Shown: positions 43,486-53,597 of the stretch, piece by piece | How positions within the stretch are numbered: position 1 is the stretch's first letter | Layout: each line of letters starts with the position of its first letter | NCBI RefSeq assembly: GCF_048403405.1 | Contig: NZ_CP183129.1 | Length of the DNA: 64,000 nt | From: Escherichia coli | GTDB lineage: Bacteria > Pseudomonadota > Gammaproteobacteria > Enterobacterales > Enterobacteriaceae | Strand: one strand, 5' to 3' | Position numbers and translations under genes: made by a program | The notes under the pieces: model-generated | Databases searched by the model: none | What the model was told of the DNA's origin: nothing | The model's input: only the letters and a program-made list of their open reading frames with translations

Positions 43486-44502
43486 ATGAACGCTAAGATA
43501 ATTGCCTCGCTGGCCTTCACCAGCATGTTCAGCCTCAGCACCCTGTTAAGCCCGGCGCACGCCGAAGAGCAGGAAAAGGCGCTGAATTTCGGCATTATTT
43601 CAACGGAATCACAGCAAAACCTGAAACCGCAATGGACGCCGTTCTTACGGGATATGGAGAAGAAGCTGGGCGTAAAGGTCAACGCCTTCTTTGCCCCGGA
43701 CTACGCGGGCATTATCCAGGGGATGCGCTTCAATAAAGTGGATATCGCCTGGTACGGCAACCTGTCGGCGATGGAAGCGGTGGATCGCGCCAACGGTCAG
43801 GTCTTCGCCCAGACGGTCGCGGCGGATGGATCGCCAGGTTACTGGAGCGTGTTGATCGTCAACAAAGACAGCCCGATCAACAACCTGAACGATCTGCTGG
43901 CGAAGCGGAAAGATCTCACCTTCGGTAATGGCGATCCTAACTCCACCTCTGGCTTCCTCGTCCCCGGTTACTACGTCTTCGCCAAAAACAATATCTCCGC
44001 CAGCGACTTCAAGCGCACCGTCAATGCCGGGCATGAAACCAACGCGCTGGCCGTCGCCAACAAGCAGGTGGATGTGGCGACCAACAACACCGAGAACCTC
44101 GACAAGCTGAAAACCTCCGCACCGGAGAAGCTCAAAGAGCTGAAAGTGATCTGGAAATCGCCGCTGATTCCAGGCGATCCGATCGTCTGGCGCAAAAATC
44201 TGTCCGAAACCACCAAAGACAAGATCTACGACTTCTTTATGAATTACGGCAAAACGCCGGAAGAGAAAGCGGTGCTGGAACGCCTGGGCTGGGCCCCGTT
44301 CCGCGCCTCCAGCGACCTGCAACTGGTACCGATTCGCCAGCTCGCGCTGTTTAAAGAGATGCAGGGCGTGAAAAGCAATAAAGGGCTGAATGAGCAGGAC
44401 AAGCTGGCGAAAACCACCGCGATTCAGGCGCAGCTGGATGACCTGGACCGCCTGAACAACGCGTTAAGCGCGATGAGTTCGGTAAGTAAAGCGGTGCAGT
44501 AA
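43486..44502 (+). CDS. phnD: phosphonate ABC transporter periplasmic binding protein PhnD, 338 aa
   Basis: Signal peptide MNAKIIASLAFTSMFSLSTLLSPAHA; matches recalled PhnD. Confidence 0.95.
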   Translation: MNAKIIASLAFTSMFSLSTLLSPAHAEEQEKALNFGIISTESQQNLKPQWTPFLRDMEKKLGVKVNAFFAPDYAGIIQGMRFNKVDIAWYGNLSAMEAVDRANGQVFAQTVAADGSPGYWSVLIVNKDSPINNLNDLLAKRKDLTFGNGDPNSTSGFLVPGYYVFAKNNISASDFKRTVNAGHETNALAVANKQVDVATNNTENLDKLKTSAPEKLKELKVIWKSPLIPGDPIVWRKNLSETTKDKIYDFFMNYGKTPEEKAVLERLGWAPFRASSDLQLVPIRQLALFKEMQGVKSNKGLNEQDKLAKTTAIQAQLDDLDRLNNALSAMSSVSKAVQ

Positions 44503-44516
44503 TGTGCTCGATCGAT

Positions 44517-44604
44517 CCCCTCTCCCTTGAGGGAGAGGGTTAGGGTGAGGGGGAAATGCGCACGCTGATGCCCTCACCCCGGCCCTCTCCCACAGGGAGA
44601 GGGA
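44517..44604. repeat. nested GC-rich palindromic intergenic repeat between phnD and phnE
   Basis: Two CCCTCTCCC-N4-GGGAGAGGG hairpins flanking complementary GGGTGAGGG / CCCTCACCC segments; resembles small E. coli intergenic repeat families. Confidence 0.55.
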
Positions 44605-44627
44605 GAAAACATTAAACGGAGCAATAT

Positions 44628-45407
44628 ATGCAAACCATCACCATCGCCCCACCCAAGCGCAGCTGGTTCTCGCTTCTGAGCTGGGCCATTGTACTCGCCG
44701 TGCTGGTCGTCTCGTGGCAGGGCGCGGAAATGGCCCCGCTCACGCTGATCAAAGACGGCGGCAACATGGCAACCTTCGCCGCCGACTTCTTCCCGCCCGA
44801 TTTCAGCCAGTGGCAGGATTACCTCACCGAAATGGCCGTCACGCTGCAAATCGCCGTCTGGGGCACCGCGCTGGCGGTGGTTCTCTCCATCCCCTTTGGC
44901 CTGATGAGCGCCGAAAACCTGGTGCCGTGGTGGGTTTACCAACCCGTTCGCCGCCTGATGGACGCCTGCCGCGCCATTAACGAGATGGTCTTCGCCATGC
45001 TGTTCGTGGTCGCCGTCGGTCTCGGTCCGTTCGCTGGCGTACTGGCGCTGTTTATCCACACCACCGGCGTGCTCTCCAAACTGCTTTCCGAAGCGGTAGA
45101 AGCAATTGAACCCGGCCCGGTGGAAGGTATTCGCGCCACCGGTGCCAACAAGCTGGAAGAGATTCTCTACGGCGTGCTGCCACAGGTGATGCCGCTGCTG
45201 ATCTCCTACTCCCTCTATCGCTTCGAATCCAACGTCCGCTCGGCGACCGTCGTCGGCATGGTCGGCGCGGGCGGGATCGGCGTCACCCTGTGGGAAGCGA
45301 TTCGCGGTTTCCAGTTCCAGCAAACCTGCGCCCTGATGGTGCTGATTATCGTCACGGTCAGCCTGCTGGATTTCCTCTCTCAACGGTTGCGTAAGCACTT
45401 TATCTGA
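44628..45407 (+). CDS. phnE: phosphonate ABC transporter permease PhnE, intact 259-codon ORF
   Basis: Uninterrupted [38 protein letters not shown]... with multiple TM segments and ABC-permease EAA-like loop. Confidence 0.9.
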   Translation: MQTITIAPPKRSWFSLLSWAIVLAVLVVSWQGAEMAPLTLIKDGGNMATFAADFFPPDFSQWQDYLTEMAVTLQIAVWGTALAVVLSIPFGLMSAENLVPWWVYQPVRRLMDACRAINEMVFAMLFVVAVGLGPFAGVLALFIHTTGVLSKLLSEAVEAIEPGPVEGIRATGANKLEEILYGVLPQVMPLLISYSLYRFESNVRSATVVGMVGAGGIGVTLWEAIRGFQFQQTCALMVLIIVTVSLLDFLSQRLRKHFI

Positions 45408-45427
45408 TAAGCGAGGCATTGATATCT

Positions 45428-46153
45428 ATGCACTTGTCTACACATCCGACCAGCTACCCAACACGCTATCAGGAGATAGCCGCAAAACTTGAGCAGGAGC
45501 TTCGTCAACACTACCGCTGCGGCGACTATCTTCCCGCCGAGCAGCAACTGGCGGCGCGCTTTGAGGTGAACCGCCACACCCTGCGCCGCGCCATCGACCA
45601 ACTGGTGGAAAAAGGCTGGGTACAGCGCCGTCAGGGCGTCGGCGTGCTGGTGCTGATGCGCCCGTTCGATTACCCGCTCAACGCCCAGGCGCGTTTTAGC
45701 CAGAACCTGCTGGATCAGGGCAGCCATCCCACCAGCGAAAAACTGCTGTCTGTGCTGCGCCCGGCCTCCGGTCACGTCGCTGACGCGCTGGGGATAACCG
45801 AGGGCGAGAACGTTATCCACCTGCGCACCCTGCGTCGGGTCAACGGCGTCGCGCTCTGTTTAATCGACCACTACTTTGCGGACCTCACCCTCTGGCCGAC
45901 GCTGCAACGCTTCGACAGCGGCTCGCTGCACGATTTTCTGCGCGAGCAAACGGGGATTGCGCTGCGCCGCAGCCAGACGCGGATCAGCGCCCGCCGCGCC
46001 CAGGCCAAAGAGTGCCAGCGTCTTGAAATCCCGAATATGTCGCCGCTGCTGTGCGTGCGCACCCTTAACCACCGTGACGGTGAAAGCAGCCCGGCGGAGT
46101 ACTCCGTCAGCCTGACGCGCGCCGACATGATTGAATTCACTATGGAGCACTGA
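45428..46153 (+). CDS. phnF: GntR-family repressor PhnF, 241 aa
   Basis: ATG at 45428 (MHLSTHPTSYPTRYQEIAAKLEQ) with N-terminal GntR HTH; ORF track begins at TTG 45419. Confidence 0.92.
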   Translation: MHLSTHPTSYPTRYQEIAAKLEQELRQHYRCGDYLPAEQQLAARFEVNRHTLRRAIDQLVEKGWVQRRQGVGVLVLMRPFDYPLNAQARFSQNLLDQGSHPTSEKLLSVLRPASGHVADALGITEGENVIHLRTLRRVNGVALCLIDHYFADLTLWPTLQRFDSGSLHDFLREQTGIALRRSQTRISARRAQAKECQRLEIPNMSPLLCVRTLNHRDGESSPAEYSVSLTRADMIEFTMEH

Positions 46154-46606
46154 ATGCACGCAGATACCGCGACCCGCCAGCACTGGATGTCCGTGCTGGC
46201 ACACAGCCAACCGGCTGAACTGGCAGCCCGCCTGAAGGCGCTGAACATCACTGCCGACTATGAAGTAATCCGCGCCGCTGAAACCGGCCTGGTGCAGATT
46301 CAGGCGCGGATGGGTGGCACCGGCGAACGCTTTTTTGCTGGCGACGCCACGCTCACCCGCGCCGCCATACGCCTGACTGACGGCACGCTCGGCTACAGCT
46401 GGGTGCTGGGGCGCGACAAACAGCACGCCGAACGCTGCGCGCTGATCGACGCGCTGATGCAGCAAACCCGCCATTTTCAAAACTTATCAGAAACTCTTAT
46501 TGCCCCGCTGAACGCTGACCGTATGGCACGCATTGCCGCACGCCAGGCCGAAGTAAACGCCAGCCGGGTCGACTTCTTTACGATGGTTCGCGGAGACAAC
46601 GCATGA
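46154..46606 (+). CDS. phnG: C-P lyase core complex subunit PhnG, 150 aa
   Basis: ORF and operon position; matches recalled PhnG. Confidence 0.93.
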   Translation: MHADTATRQHWMSVLAHSQPAELAARLKALNITADYEVIRAAETGLVQIQARMGGTGERFFAGDATLTRAAIRLTDGTLGYSWVLGRDKQHAERCALIDALMQQTRHFQNLSETLIAPLNADRMARIAARQAEVNASRVDFFTMVRGDNA

Positions 46607-47187
46607 CCCTGGAAACCGCTTTTATGCTTCCCGTGCAGGATTCCCAGCACAGTTTTCGTCGCCTGTTAAAGGCCATGAGCGAGCCGGGCGTGATTGTCGC
46701 CCTGCATCAGCTCAAACGCGGCTGGCAGCCGCTGAATATCGCCACCACCAGCGTGCTGCTGACGCTGGCCGATAACGACACGCCGGTGTGGCTTTCTGCG
46801 CCATTAAGTAACGATATCGTCAGCCAGAGCCTGCGTTTTCATACCAACGCGCCGCTGGTCAATCAGCCGGAACTGGCGACCTTCGCGGTAACGGATGAGG
46901 CGATTTCCAGCGAACAGCTCAACGCTCTTTCCAGCGGCACCGCTGTTGCGCCGGAAGCGGGCGCGACGCTGATTTTACAGGTCGTCAGCCTGAGCGGCGG
47001 GCGCATGCTGCGCCTTACTGGCGCGGGTATTGCCGAAGAACGAATGATCGCTCCGCAGCTGCCGGAGTGCATTCTGCACGAACTCACCGAGCGCCCGCAC
47101 CCGTTCCCGCTCGGCATCGACCTGATCCTGACCTGCGGCGAGCGGCTGCTGGCTATCCCGCGAACCACTCATGTGGAGGTGTGCTGA
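46603..47187 (+). CDS. phnH: C-P lyase core complex subunit PhnH, 194 aa
   Basis: ATGA overlap with phnG; matches recalled PhnH. Confidence 0.93.
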   Translation: MTLETAFMLPVQDSQHSFRRLLKAMSEPGVIVALHQLKRGWQPLNIATTSVLLTLADNDTPVWLSAPLSNDIVSQSLRFHTNAPLVNQPELATFAVTDEAISSEQLNALSSGTAVAPEAGATLILQVVSLSGGRMLRLTGAGIAEERMIAPQLPECILHELTERPHPFPLGIDLILTCGERLLAIPRTTHVEVC

Positions 47188-48251
47188 TGTACGTTGCCGT
47201 GAAAGGGGGCGAGAAGGCGATCGACGCCGCCCACGCCCTGCAAGAGAGCCGACGCCGGGGCAATACCGATTTGCCTGAACTGAGCGTCGCCCAGATTGAA
47301 CAGCAGCTTAATCTTGCAGTAGATCGCGTGATGACCGAAGGCGGCATTGCCGACCGCGAACTGGCGGCGCTGGCGCTGAAACAGGCCAGCGGCGATAACG
47401 TCGAAGCGATTTTCCTGCTACGCGCCTACCGCACCACGCTGGCGAAGCTCGCGGTAAGCGAGCCGCTCGACACCACGGAGATGCGTCTCGAACGGCGTAT
47501 TTCAGCGGTTTATAAAGACATTCCCGGCGGCCAACTGCTTGGCCCAACCTACGACTACACCCATCGCCTGCTCGATTTCACCCTGCTGGCAAACGGCGAA
47601 GCGCCGACGCTGACCACCGCCGACAGCGAACAACAGCCGTCGCCGCACGTTTTCAGCCTGCTGGCGCGTCAGGGGCTGGCGAAGTTTGAAGAAGATAGCG
47701 GCGCACAGCCGGACGACATCACCCGCACGCCGCCGGTTTACCCCTGCTCACGCTCCTCCCGCCTGCAACAATTAATGCGCGGCGACGAAGGCTATTTGCT
47801 GGCGCTGGCCTACTCCACCCAGCGTGGTTACGGACGCAATCATCCGTTCGCAGGCGAAATCCGCAGCGGCTATATCCACGTGTCGATTGTGCCGGAAGAG
47901 CTGGGATTTGCGGTGAACGTCGGCGAACTGCTGATGACCGAATGTGAAATGGTCAACGGTTTTATCGACCCGCCGGATGAGCCGCCGCACTTCACGCGCG
48001 GCTACGGGCTGGTGTTCGGCATGAGCGAGCGCAAAGCGATGGCGATGGCGCTGGTTGACCGCGCTCTACAAGCCCCGGAGTACGGCGAGCACGCGACAGG
48101 CCCGGCGCAGGATGAAGAGTTCGTGCTGGCGCATGCCGACAACGTCGAAGCCGCAGGCTTTGTCTCGCACCTTAAACTCCCGCACTACGTCGATTTCCAG
48201 GCCGAACTGGAGCTACTCAAACGTCTGCAACAGGAGCAGAACCATGGCTAA
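47187..48251 (+). CDS. phnI: C-P lyase core complex subunit PhnI, 354 aa
   Basis: ATG at 47187 overlapping the phnH stop ([19 protein letters not shown]); ORF track starts at an upstream in-frame codon. Confidence 0.92.
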   Translation: MYVAVKGGEKAIDAAHALQESRRRGNTDLPELSVAQIEQQLNLAVDRVMTEGGIADRELAALALKQASGDNVEAIFLLRAYRTTLAKLAVSEPLDTTEMRLERRISAVYKDIPGGQLLGPTYDYTHRLLDFTLLANGEAPTLTTADSEQQPSPHVFSLLARQGLAKFEEDSGAQPDDITRTPPVYPCSRSSRLQQLMRGDEGYLLALAYSTQRGYGRNHPFAGEIRSGYIHVSIVPEELGFAVNVGELLMTECEMVNGFIDPPDEPPHFTRGYGLVFGMSERKAMAMALVDRALQAPEYGEHATGPAQDEEFVLAHADNVEAAGFVSHLKLPHYVDFQAELELLKRLQQEQNHG

Positions 48252-49089
48252 TCTGAGCGGCTACAACTTTGCCTACCTCGACGAGCAGACCAAACGCATG
48301 ATCCGCCGCGCCATCTTAAAAGCGGTGGCGATCCCCGGTTATCAGGTGCCGTTTGGCGGGCGCGAGATGCCGATGCCGTACGGCTGGGGAACTGGTGGTA
48401 TCCAGCTTACCGCCAGCGTGATTGGCGAAAGCGACGTGTTGAAGGTGATTGACCAGGGTGCGGATGACACCACCAACGCCGTGTCGATTCGCAACTTCTT
48501 TAAGCGCGTGACCGGGGTAAACACCACTGAACGTACGGACGATGCGACGCTTATCCAGACGCGTCACCGCATCCCCGAAACGCCGCTGACTGAAGATCAG
48601 ATCATTATCTTCCAGGTGCCAATCCCGGAACCGCTGCGCTTTATCGAGCCGCGCGAAACGGAGACCCGCACTATGCACGCGCTGGAGGAGTACGGCGTGA
48701 TGCAGGTGAAACTGTATGAAGATATCGCCCGCTTCGGTCATATCGCCACCACTTATGCCTATCCGGTGAAGGTGAACGGGCGCTACGTGATGGACCCGTC
48801 GCCGATCCCGAAATTCGATAACCCGAAAATGGACATGATGCCCGCCCTGCAGCTGTTCGGCGCAGGGCGCGAGAAGCGCATCTATGCGGTGCCGCCGTTT
48901 ACCCGCGTGGAAAGCCTCGATTTCGACGATCACCCGTTCACCGTTCAGCAGTGGAATGAGCCATGCGCCATCTGCGGATCGACCCACAGCTATCTTGATG
49001 AAGTGGTGCTGGATGACGCCGGAAACCGCATGTTTGTCTGCTCCGATACCGATTATTGCCGCCAACAGAGCGAGGCAAAAAACCAATGA
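48244..49089 (+). CDS. phnJ: C-P lyase catalytic subunit PhnJ (radical SAM-related, 4-Cys cluster), 281 aa
   Basis: ATG at 48244 (MANLSGYNFAYLDEQTKRMIRRAILKA); C-terminal CxxC...C...C cysteines (CAICGS...CSDTDYC). Confidence 0.93.
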   Translation: MANLSGYNFAYLDEQTKRMIRRAILKAVAIPGYQVPFGGREMPMPYGWGTGGIQLTASVIGESDVLKVIDQGADDTTNAVSIRNFFKRVTGVNTTERTDDATLIQTRHRIPETPLTEDQIIIFQVPIPEPLRFIEPRETETRTMHALEEYGVMQVKLYEDIARFGHIATTYAYPVKVNGRYVMDPSPIPKFDNPKMDMMPALQLFGAGREKRIYAVPPFTRVESLDFDDHPFTVQQWNEPCAICGSTHSYLDEVVLDDAGNRMFVCSDTDYCRQQSEAKNQ

Positions 49090-49844
49090 ATCAACCGTTA
49101 CTTTCGGTCAATAACCTGACCCACCTTTACGCGCCGGGCAAAGGCTTTAGCGATGTCTCTTTTGATTTATGGCCGGGGGAAGTGCTGGGCATCGTCGGGG
49201 AATCCGGCTCCGGGAAGACCACGCTGCTGAAATCAATCTCCGCGCGCCTGACGCCGCAGCAGGGGGAGATTCGCTATGAAAACCGCTCCCTCTATGGCAT
49301 GAGCGAAGCCGACCGCCGCCGTTTACTGCGCACCGAATGGGGCGTGGTACATCAGCATCCGCTCGACGGCCTGCGCCGCCAGGTGTCGGCAGGCGGCAAT
49401 ATCGGCGAGCGGCTGATGGCGACCGGGGCGCGTCATTACGGCGATATTCGCGCCACCGCGCAGAAGTGGCTGGAAGAGGTGGAGATTCCCGCTAACCGGA
49501 TCGACGACCTGCCAACCACCTTTTCCGGCGGCATGCAGCAGCGTTTGCAGATTGCCCGCAACCTGGTGACGCATCCGAAGCTGGTGTTTATGGACGAACC
49601 AACCGGCGGGCTGGATGTGTCGGTGCAGGCGCGCCTGCTCGACCTGCTGCGCGGCCTGGTGGTGGAGCTGAACCTGGCGGTGGTGATTGTCACCCACGAT
49701 TTAGGCGTCGCCCGCCTGCTGGCGGACCGTTTGCTGGTGATGAAGCAGGGGCAAGTAGTGGAGAGTGGGTTAACCGACCGCGTGCTCGACGACCCTCACC
49801 ATCCATATACCCAGCTGCTGGTGTCATCGGTTTTGCAGAATTGA
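49086..49844 (+). CDS. phnK: C-P lyase accessory ABC-type ATPase PhnK, 252 aa
   Basis: ATG at 49086 overlapping the phnJ stop; Walker [10 protein letters not shown], signature FSGGMQQRL. Confidence 0.93.
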   Translation: MNQPLLSVNNLTHLYAPGKGFSDVSFDLWPGEVLGIVGESGSGKTTLLKSISARLTPQQGEIRYENRSLYGMSEADRRRLLRTEWGVVHQHPLDGLRRQVSAGGNIGERLMATGARHYGDIRATAQKWLEEVEIPANRIDDLPTTFSGGMQQRLQIARNLVTHPKLVFMDEPTGGLDVSVQARLLDLLRGLVVELNLAVVIVTHDLGVARLLADRLLVMKQGQVVESGLTDRVLDDPHHPYTQLLVSSVLQN

Positions 49845-49850
49845 GCCAGT

Positions 49851-49934
49851 GCCGGATACGGCGTAAACGCCTTATCCGGCCGACAAATGCGCTCCCCGTA
49901 GGTCGGATAAGACGCGTCAGCGTCGCATCCGACA
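49851..49934. repeat. BIME (two inverted REP elements) inside the phn operon between phnK and phnL
   Basis: gccggatacggcgtaaacgccttatccggc and gtaggtcggataagacgcgtcagcgtcgcatccgaca. Confidence 0.6.
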
Positions 49935-49954
49935 CCCGAACCACGAGGCGAAAA

Positions 49955-50635
49955 ATGATTAACGTACAAAACGTCAGTAAAACCTTCATCCTGCACCAGC
50001 AAAACGGCGTGCGCCTGCCCGTCTTACAACGTGCCTCGCTCACCGTCAACGCAGGCGAATGCGTGGTGCTTCACGGCCACTCCGGCAGCGGCAAATCAAC
50101 TCTGCTGCGCTCGCTGTACGCCAACTATCTGCCCGATGAAGGGCAAATCCAGATCAAACATGGTGACGAGTGGGTAGACCTGGTCACTGCGCCAGCGCGC
50201 AAAGTGGTGGAAATCCGCAAAACCACTGTCGGCTGGGTGAGCCAGTTTCTGCGCGTCATCCCGCGTATTTCGGCACTGGAAGTGGTGATGCAGCCTCTGC
50301 TCGATACCGGCGTACCGCGTGAAGCCTGCGCCGCTAAAGCCGCCCGATTACTGACGCGCCTGAACGTGCCTGAGCGCCTGTGGCACCTTGCGCCATCAAC
50401 CTTCTCCGGCGGTGAACAACAGCGCGTCAACATCGCCCGCGGCTTTATCGTCGACTACCCTATTCTGCTGCTCGACGAACCCACCGCCTCGCTGGACGCC
50501 AAAAACAGCGCCGCGGTGGTGGAACTAATTCGCGAAGCCAAAGCCCGTGGCGCGGCCATCGTCGGCATTTTCCATGACGAAGCCGTACGCAATGACGTCG
50601 CCGACCGCCTGCACCCAATGGGAGCCTCTTCATGA
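49955..50635 (+). CDS. phnL: C-P lyase accessory ABC-type ATPase PhnL, 226 aa
   Basis: ATG at 49955 ([21 protein letters not shown]); Walker [10 protein letters not shown]. Confidence 0.93.
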   Translation: MINVQNVSKTFILHQQNGVRLPVLQRASLTVNAGECVVLHGHSGSGKSTLLRSLYANYLPDEGQIQIKHGDEWVDLVTAPARKVVEIRKTTVGWVSQFLRVIPRISALEVVMQPLLDTGVPREACAAKAARLLTRLNVPERLWHLAPSTFSGGEQQRVNIARGFIVDYPILLLDEPTASLDAKNSAAVVELIREAKARGAAIVGIFHDEAVRNDVADRLHPMGASS

Positions 50636-51768
50636 TTATCAATAACGTTAAGCTGGTGCTGGAAAACGAAGTGGTGCACGGTTCGCTGGAGATGCAGGAC
50701 GGTGAAATCCGCGCCTTTGCCGAAAGCCAGAGCCGCCTGCCGGACGCGATGGACGGCGAAGGTGGCTGGCTGCTGCCGGGGCTGATTGAGCTGCATACCG
50801 ATAATCTGGATAAATTCTTCACCCCGCGCCCGAAAGTTGACTGGCCCGCCCATTCAGCGATGAGCAGCCACGACGCGCTGATGGTGGCAAGCGGCATCAC
50901 CACCGTACTGGACGCCGTGGCGATTGGTGATGTGCGCGACGGCGGCGATCGGCTGGAGAATCTGGAGAAGATGATCAACGCCATCGAAGAGACGCAGAAA
51001 CGCGGCGTCAACCGCGCCGAGCACCGCCTGCACCTGCGCTGCGAACTGCCGCACCACACCACGTTGCCGCTGTTTGAAAAACTGGTGCAGCGCGAACCGG
51101 TGACGCTGGTATCGCTGATGGACCACTCGCCAGGCCAGCGCCAGTTCGCCAATCGCGAGAAGTATCGCGAATATTATCAGGGCAAATATTCCCTCACCGA
51201 TGCGCAGATGCAGCAGTACGAAGAAGAGCAATTGGCGCTCGCCGCACGCTGGTCGCAGCCAAATCGCGAAACCATCGCCGCAATGTGCCGCGCGCGACAC
51301 ATTGCGCTCGCCAGCCACGATGACGCCACGCACGCCCACGTTGCCGAATCCCACCAGCTTGGCAGCGTGATCGCCGAATTTCCCACCACGTTCGAAGCGG
51401 CAGAAGCCTCGCGCAAGCATGGCATGAACGTGCTGATGGGCGCGCCGAATATCGTGCGCGGCGGTTCGCACTCCGGCAACGTGGCGGCCAGTGAACTGGC
51501 GCAGCTTGGCCTGCTGGATATCCTCTCTTCCGACTACTACCCCGCCAGCCTGCTCGATGCGGCATTTCGCGTCGCCGATGACGAGAGCAACCGCTTTACG
51601 CTGCCGCAGGCGGTGAAGTTGGTGACCAAAAATCCGGCGCAGGCGCTTAATCTCCAGGATCGCGGGGTGATTGGCGAGGGCAAACGCGCCGACCTGGTGC
51701 TGGCGCATCGCAAGGGCAATCACATTCATATCGACCACGTCTGGCGTCAGGGTAAAAGGGTGTTCTGA
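50632..51768 (+). CDS. phnM: amidohydrolase-family PhnM (ribosyl-triphosphate diphosphohydrolase), 378 aa
   Basis: ATGA overlap with phnL; metal-dependent hydrolase motif region HTDNLD. Confidence 0.93.
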   Translation: MIINNVKLVLENEVVHGSLEMQDGEIRAFAESQSRLPDAMDGEGGWLLPGLIELHTDNLDKFFTPRPKVDWPAHSAMSSHDALMVASGITTVLDAVAIGDVRDGGDRLENLEKMINAIEETQKRGVNRAEHRLHLRCELPHHTTLPLFEKLVQREPVTLVSLMDHSPGQRQFANREKYREYYQGKYSLTDAQMQQYEEEQLALAARWSQPNRETIAAMCRARHIALASHDDATHAHVAESHQLGSVIAEFPTTFEAAEASRKHGMNVLMGAPNIVRGGSHSGNVAASELAQLGLLDILSSDYYPASLLDAAFRVADDESNRFTLPQAVKLVTKNPAQALNLQDRGVIGEGKRADLVLAHRKGNHIHIDHVWRQGKRVF

Positions 51769-52325
51769 TGACGGGAAAACTGATTTGGTTAATGGGGGCC
51801 TCTGGCTCCGGAAAAGACAGTCTGTTGACGGAACTCCGCCAGCGGGAACAAACTCAGCTACTGGTAGCGCATCGCTACATCACGCGCGCCGCCAGCGCCG
51901 GAAGTGAAAACCATATCGCCCTGAGCGAGCAGGAGTTTTTTACCCGCGCGGGGCAAAATCTGCTGGCCTTAAGCTGGCACGCTAACGGCCTGTATTATGG
52001 CGTCGGCGTCGAGATTGACCTCTGGCTGCACGCTGGATTTGACGTGATGGTCAACGGCTCACGCGCCCATCTGCCGCAGGCGCGGGCGCGCTATCAATCG
52101 GCGCTGCTGCCCGTTTGTTTACAGGTTTCGCCGGAGATCCTGCGCCAGCGCCTCGAAAACCGTGGTCGTGAAAATGCCAGTGAAATTAACGCCCGACTGG
52201 CACGCGCTGCCCGCTATACTCCTCAGGATTGTCTTACGCTCAATAATGACGGCAGCCTGCGCCAGTCGGTCGACAAGCTGCTGACGCTGATTCATCAGAA
52301 GGAGAAACACCATGCCTGCTTGTGA
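51768..52325 (+). CDS. phnN: ribose 1,5-bisphosphate phosphokinase PhnN, 185 aa
   Basis: P-loop GASGSGKDS; overlaps phnM stop. Confidence 0.93.
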   Translation: MTGKLIWLMGASGSGKDSLLTELRQREQTQLLVAHRYITRAASAGSENHIALSEQEFFTRAGQNLLALSWHANGLYYGVGVEIDLWLHAGFDVMVNGSRAHLPQARARYQSALLPVCLQVSPEILRQRLENRGRENASEINARLARAARYTPQDCLTLNNDGSLRQSVDKLLTLIHQKEKHHACL

Positions 52326-52746
52326 GCTTCGCCCGGCTACGCAGTACGACATCGACGCAGTTTACGCGCTGATTTGTGAGCTAAAACAGGCGGAGTTTGA
52401 CCACCACGCGTTTCGCGTGGGGTTTAACGCCAATCTGCGCGACCCGAACATGCGCTACCATTTGGCGCTGCTGGATGGCGAGGTTGTCGGCATGATCGGT
52501 CTGCATTTGCAGTTTCATCTGCATCATGTCAACTGGATCGGCGAAATTCAGGAACTGGTGGTGATGCCGCAGGCGCGCGGTCTGAACGTCGGTAGTAAAT
52601 TACTGGCATGGGCAGAAGAAGAAGCCCGCCAGGCCGGGGCAGAAATGACCGAGCTTTCCACCAACGTCAAGCGCCACGACGCGCACCGTTTCTATCTGCG
52701 CGAAGGCTATGAGCAGAGCCACTTCCGCTTCACCAAGGCGCTGTAA
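52312..52746 (+). CDS. phnO: aminoalkylphosphonate N-acetyltransferase PhnO (GNAT), 144 aa
   Basis: ORF and operon position; overlaps phnN 3' end. Confidence 0.92.
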   Translation: MPACELRPATQYDIDAVYALICELKQAEFDHHAFRVGFNANLRDPNMRYHLALLDGEVVGMIGLHLQFHLHHVNWIGEIQELVVMPQARGLNVGSKLLAWAEEEARQAGAEMTELSTNVKRHDAHRFYLREGYEQSHFRFTKAL

Positions 52747-52747
52747 C

Positions 52748-53506
52748 ATGAGCCTGACCCTCACACTTACTGGCACTGGCGGCGCACAGGGCGTTCCCGC
52801 ATGGGGCTGTGAGTGCGCGGCCTGCGCCAGAGCGCGGCGCTCATCGCAGTATCGCCGCCAGCCATGCAGCGGCGTCGTGAAGTTTAACGACGCGATCACC
52901 CTGATCGACGCCGGGCTGCACGATCTCGCCGATCGCTGGTCGCCCGGATCGTTCCAGCAGTTTTTGCTGACGCACTACCATATGGATCACGTGCAGGGGC
53001 TGTTTCCGCTGCGCTGGGGCGTGGGCGATTCGATCCCGATCTACGGCCCGCCGGATGAACAGGGCTGCGACGATCTGTTTAAACATCCGGGCCTGCTTGA
53101 TTTCAGCCACACGATGGAACCGTTTGTGGTGTTTGATTTACAGGGGTTACAGGTCACGCCCCTGCCGCTCAACCACTCAAAACTGACCTTCGGTTATCTG
53201 CTGGAAACGGCACACAGCCTGGTGGCGTGGCTGTCTGACACCGCTGGCTTGCCGGAAAAAACGCTGAAATTTTTACGCAATAATCAGCCGCAGGTAATGG
53301 TGATTGATTGCAGCCATCCGCCGCGTGCGGATGCGCCGCGTAATCACTGTGATTTAAACACCGTGCTGGCGCTGAATGAGGTTATCCGCTCGCCACGGGT
53401 GATTCTGACGCATATCAGCCACCAGTTTGATGCGTGGCTGATGGAAAACGCACTGCCGTCGGGGTTTGAGGCGGGGTTTGATGGGATGGAGATTGGGGTG
53501 GCGTGA
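52748..53506 (+). CDS. phnP: phosphodiesterase PhnP (metallo-beta-lactamase fold), 252 aa
   Basis: ATG at 52748 ([23 protein letters not shown]); HxHxDH-type motif THYHMDH; ORF track starts upstream in frame. Confidence 0.92.
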   Translation: MSLTLTLTGTGGAQGVPAWGCECAACARARRSSQYRRQPCSGVVKFNDAITLIDAGLHDLADRWSPGSFQQFLLTHYHMDHVQGLFPLRWGVGDSIPIYGPPDEQGCDDLFKHPGLLDFSHTMEPFVVFDLQGLQVTPLPLNHSKLTFGYLLETAHSLVAWLSDTAGLPEKTLKFLRNNQPQVMVIDCSHPPRADAPRNHCDLNTVLALNEVIRSPRVILTHISHQFDAWLMENALPSGFEAGFDGMEIGVA

Positions 53507-53560
53507 TGGGATGGAGATTGGGGTGGCGTGATGGGATGGAGATTGGGGTGGCGTGATGGG
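53481..53560. repeat. tandem direct repeat, about 3.2 copies of a 25-bp unit spanning the phnP stop codon
   Basis: Unit atgggatggagattggggtggcgtg at 53481-53505, 53506-53530 and 53531-53555, then partial atggg; copy 1 encodes the phnP C-terminus ...DGMEIGVA*. Confidence 0.9.
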
Positions 53561-53597
53561 GAGAATGTGCTCGCTGGCCCCCTCACCCGAGCCTACC

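Noticed and set aside
53481-53560. Possible CRISPR array suggested by perfect tandem repeats
   Set aside because: Copies are directly adjacent with no spacers, the unit is 25 bp, there are only about 3 copies and no cas genes nearby; this is a simple tandem duplication.
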